Origin: Hydrolagus colliei | Lineage: Eukaryota | NCBI GenBank assembly: GCA_035084275.1 | Contig: CM068775.1 | Coordinates: 1,240,001 to 1,304,000, forward strand | DNA length: 64,000 nt | Direction: 5' to 3' | Shown here: positions 63,192 through 64,000 of the stretch, piece after piece | Layout: every line of letters begins with the position of its first letter | Numbering within the stretch: position 1 is the first letter of the stretch | Translations under genes and position numbers: made by a program | The notes under the pieces: generated by a model | What the model was told of the DNA's origin: nothing | Seen by the model: only the letters and a program-made list of their open reading frames with translations | Database searches by the model: none

Positions 63192-63529
63192 CTTGAACAC
63201 CAAACCAGATAATCTCTCCCACTGCTGGCGTGTGTGGGTCCCAATTAACGTGAGGAGATTTGATATGTTTATAATGGGGCCTAACACTGAGGATTTTACC
63301 AGATTTTAATTGACATAAAAACATAAAATATAATCTTGAATCTGTTGGTGACAAGTGAAGGTGTTTGACGGGAACATTGCAAACTGGCAAAGATACAAAC
63401 ATTTAACAGCTAAACACAGAGCTGTGCAATTGTTTTCAGAACATTACAGAACTATACGGTTCCGGTATTTAGTTTGGGGAAATCACCATTTACAATAATA
63501 TGGTGTTTGTGTGGCCGGCCCTCACAGCA

Positions 63530-63616
63530 GGTTATTGCAGTGATCAGCACACTGACTGTAGCACTGTGACTACCTTGACTGCTGGGGACAAGGCACCATG
63601 GTGACAGTGACTAACG
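63530..63616 (+). other. IGHJ: IgH J segment (63569-63616) with 23-RSS, cluster 2
   Basis: Identical to 8437-8523; donor G|GTAAGA at 63617. Confidence 0.95.
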
Positions 63617-64000
63617 GTAAGAAACAAACACTCACTCACAATGCTGAGTTTGGATTTATATGTTTATTTTATTCTCTTTAACAGCTATTTAATTTAATGA
63701 CCTGTGAGTTGCCAGGGCTATCTCAGAGTTTAGTGCAAGTTAAATTCATTTCACTGCTATTGCTTTCAACAGCCACTGTTGATTTAAGGATTATTCTGTC
63801 CATGTTTAGTTCATTGCTGGTGATATTTGTGGTGGTTAGTGACTGTACAGCTGAAGTTACACTGATGGACTTTCTGCAATGTCTGATAACGGTGACTGGC
63901 GGCTGCTGATTTTGGGTATAATCAGGAATTGTATAAAAGTGTTTGAAACTTTGCCCACATGTTGGGAATCAGGGCCTGAATGTTGTGGGATGAGCGACTT

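Noticed and set aside
1-64000. CRISPR arrays, rRNA genes, prokaryotic operons
   Set aside because: No regularly spaced repeat-spacer array or rRNA-like sequence seen; the content is vertebrate.

Overview
Repeat-rich vertebrate genomic DNA, almost certainly from a cartilaginous fish (IgH in cluster organisation, Deu-domain SINE, CR1/L2 LINEs with shark-type tails). No prokaryotic features or CRISPR. The window is a tandem array of two interleaved gene systems. (1) Three two-exon class A 7TM receptor genes (GPR139/142-like), all on + and all with intact reading frames. (2) Damaged immunoglobulin heavy-chain clusters: a D-J pair without V (8.0-8.5 kb), an orphan IgH transmembrane exon (19.3 kb), an inverted V pseudogene whose D-J is gone (28.4-28.9 kb), a half-V fused to GPCR upstream DNA (46.0-46.3 kb) and a complete V-D-J set whose leader donor is split by a solo LTR (61.6-63.6 kb). 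I recognised no CH exons. Also present: four decayed tRNA genes (Val, His, Asn x2), two inverted copies of a 2.6-kb hAT-like element, Ty3/gypsy and ERV remnants, a Tigger remnant and a 1.3-kb polypyrimidine tract. The most striking observation: the GPCR sits where IgH constant exons should be, and phase-1 acceptor-like sites just upstream of the GPCR ATG would join J (or a V leader) in frame to the full 7TM receptor. This is a hypothesis from sequence only. All alignments, identities and counts were done by eye.
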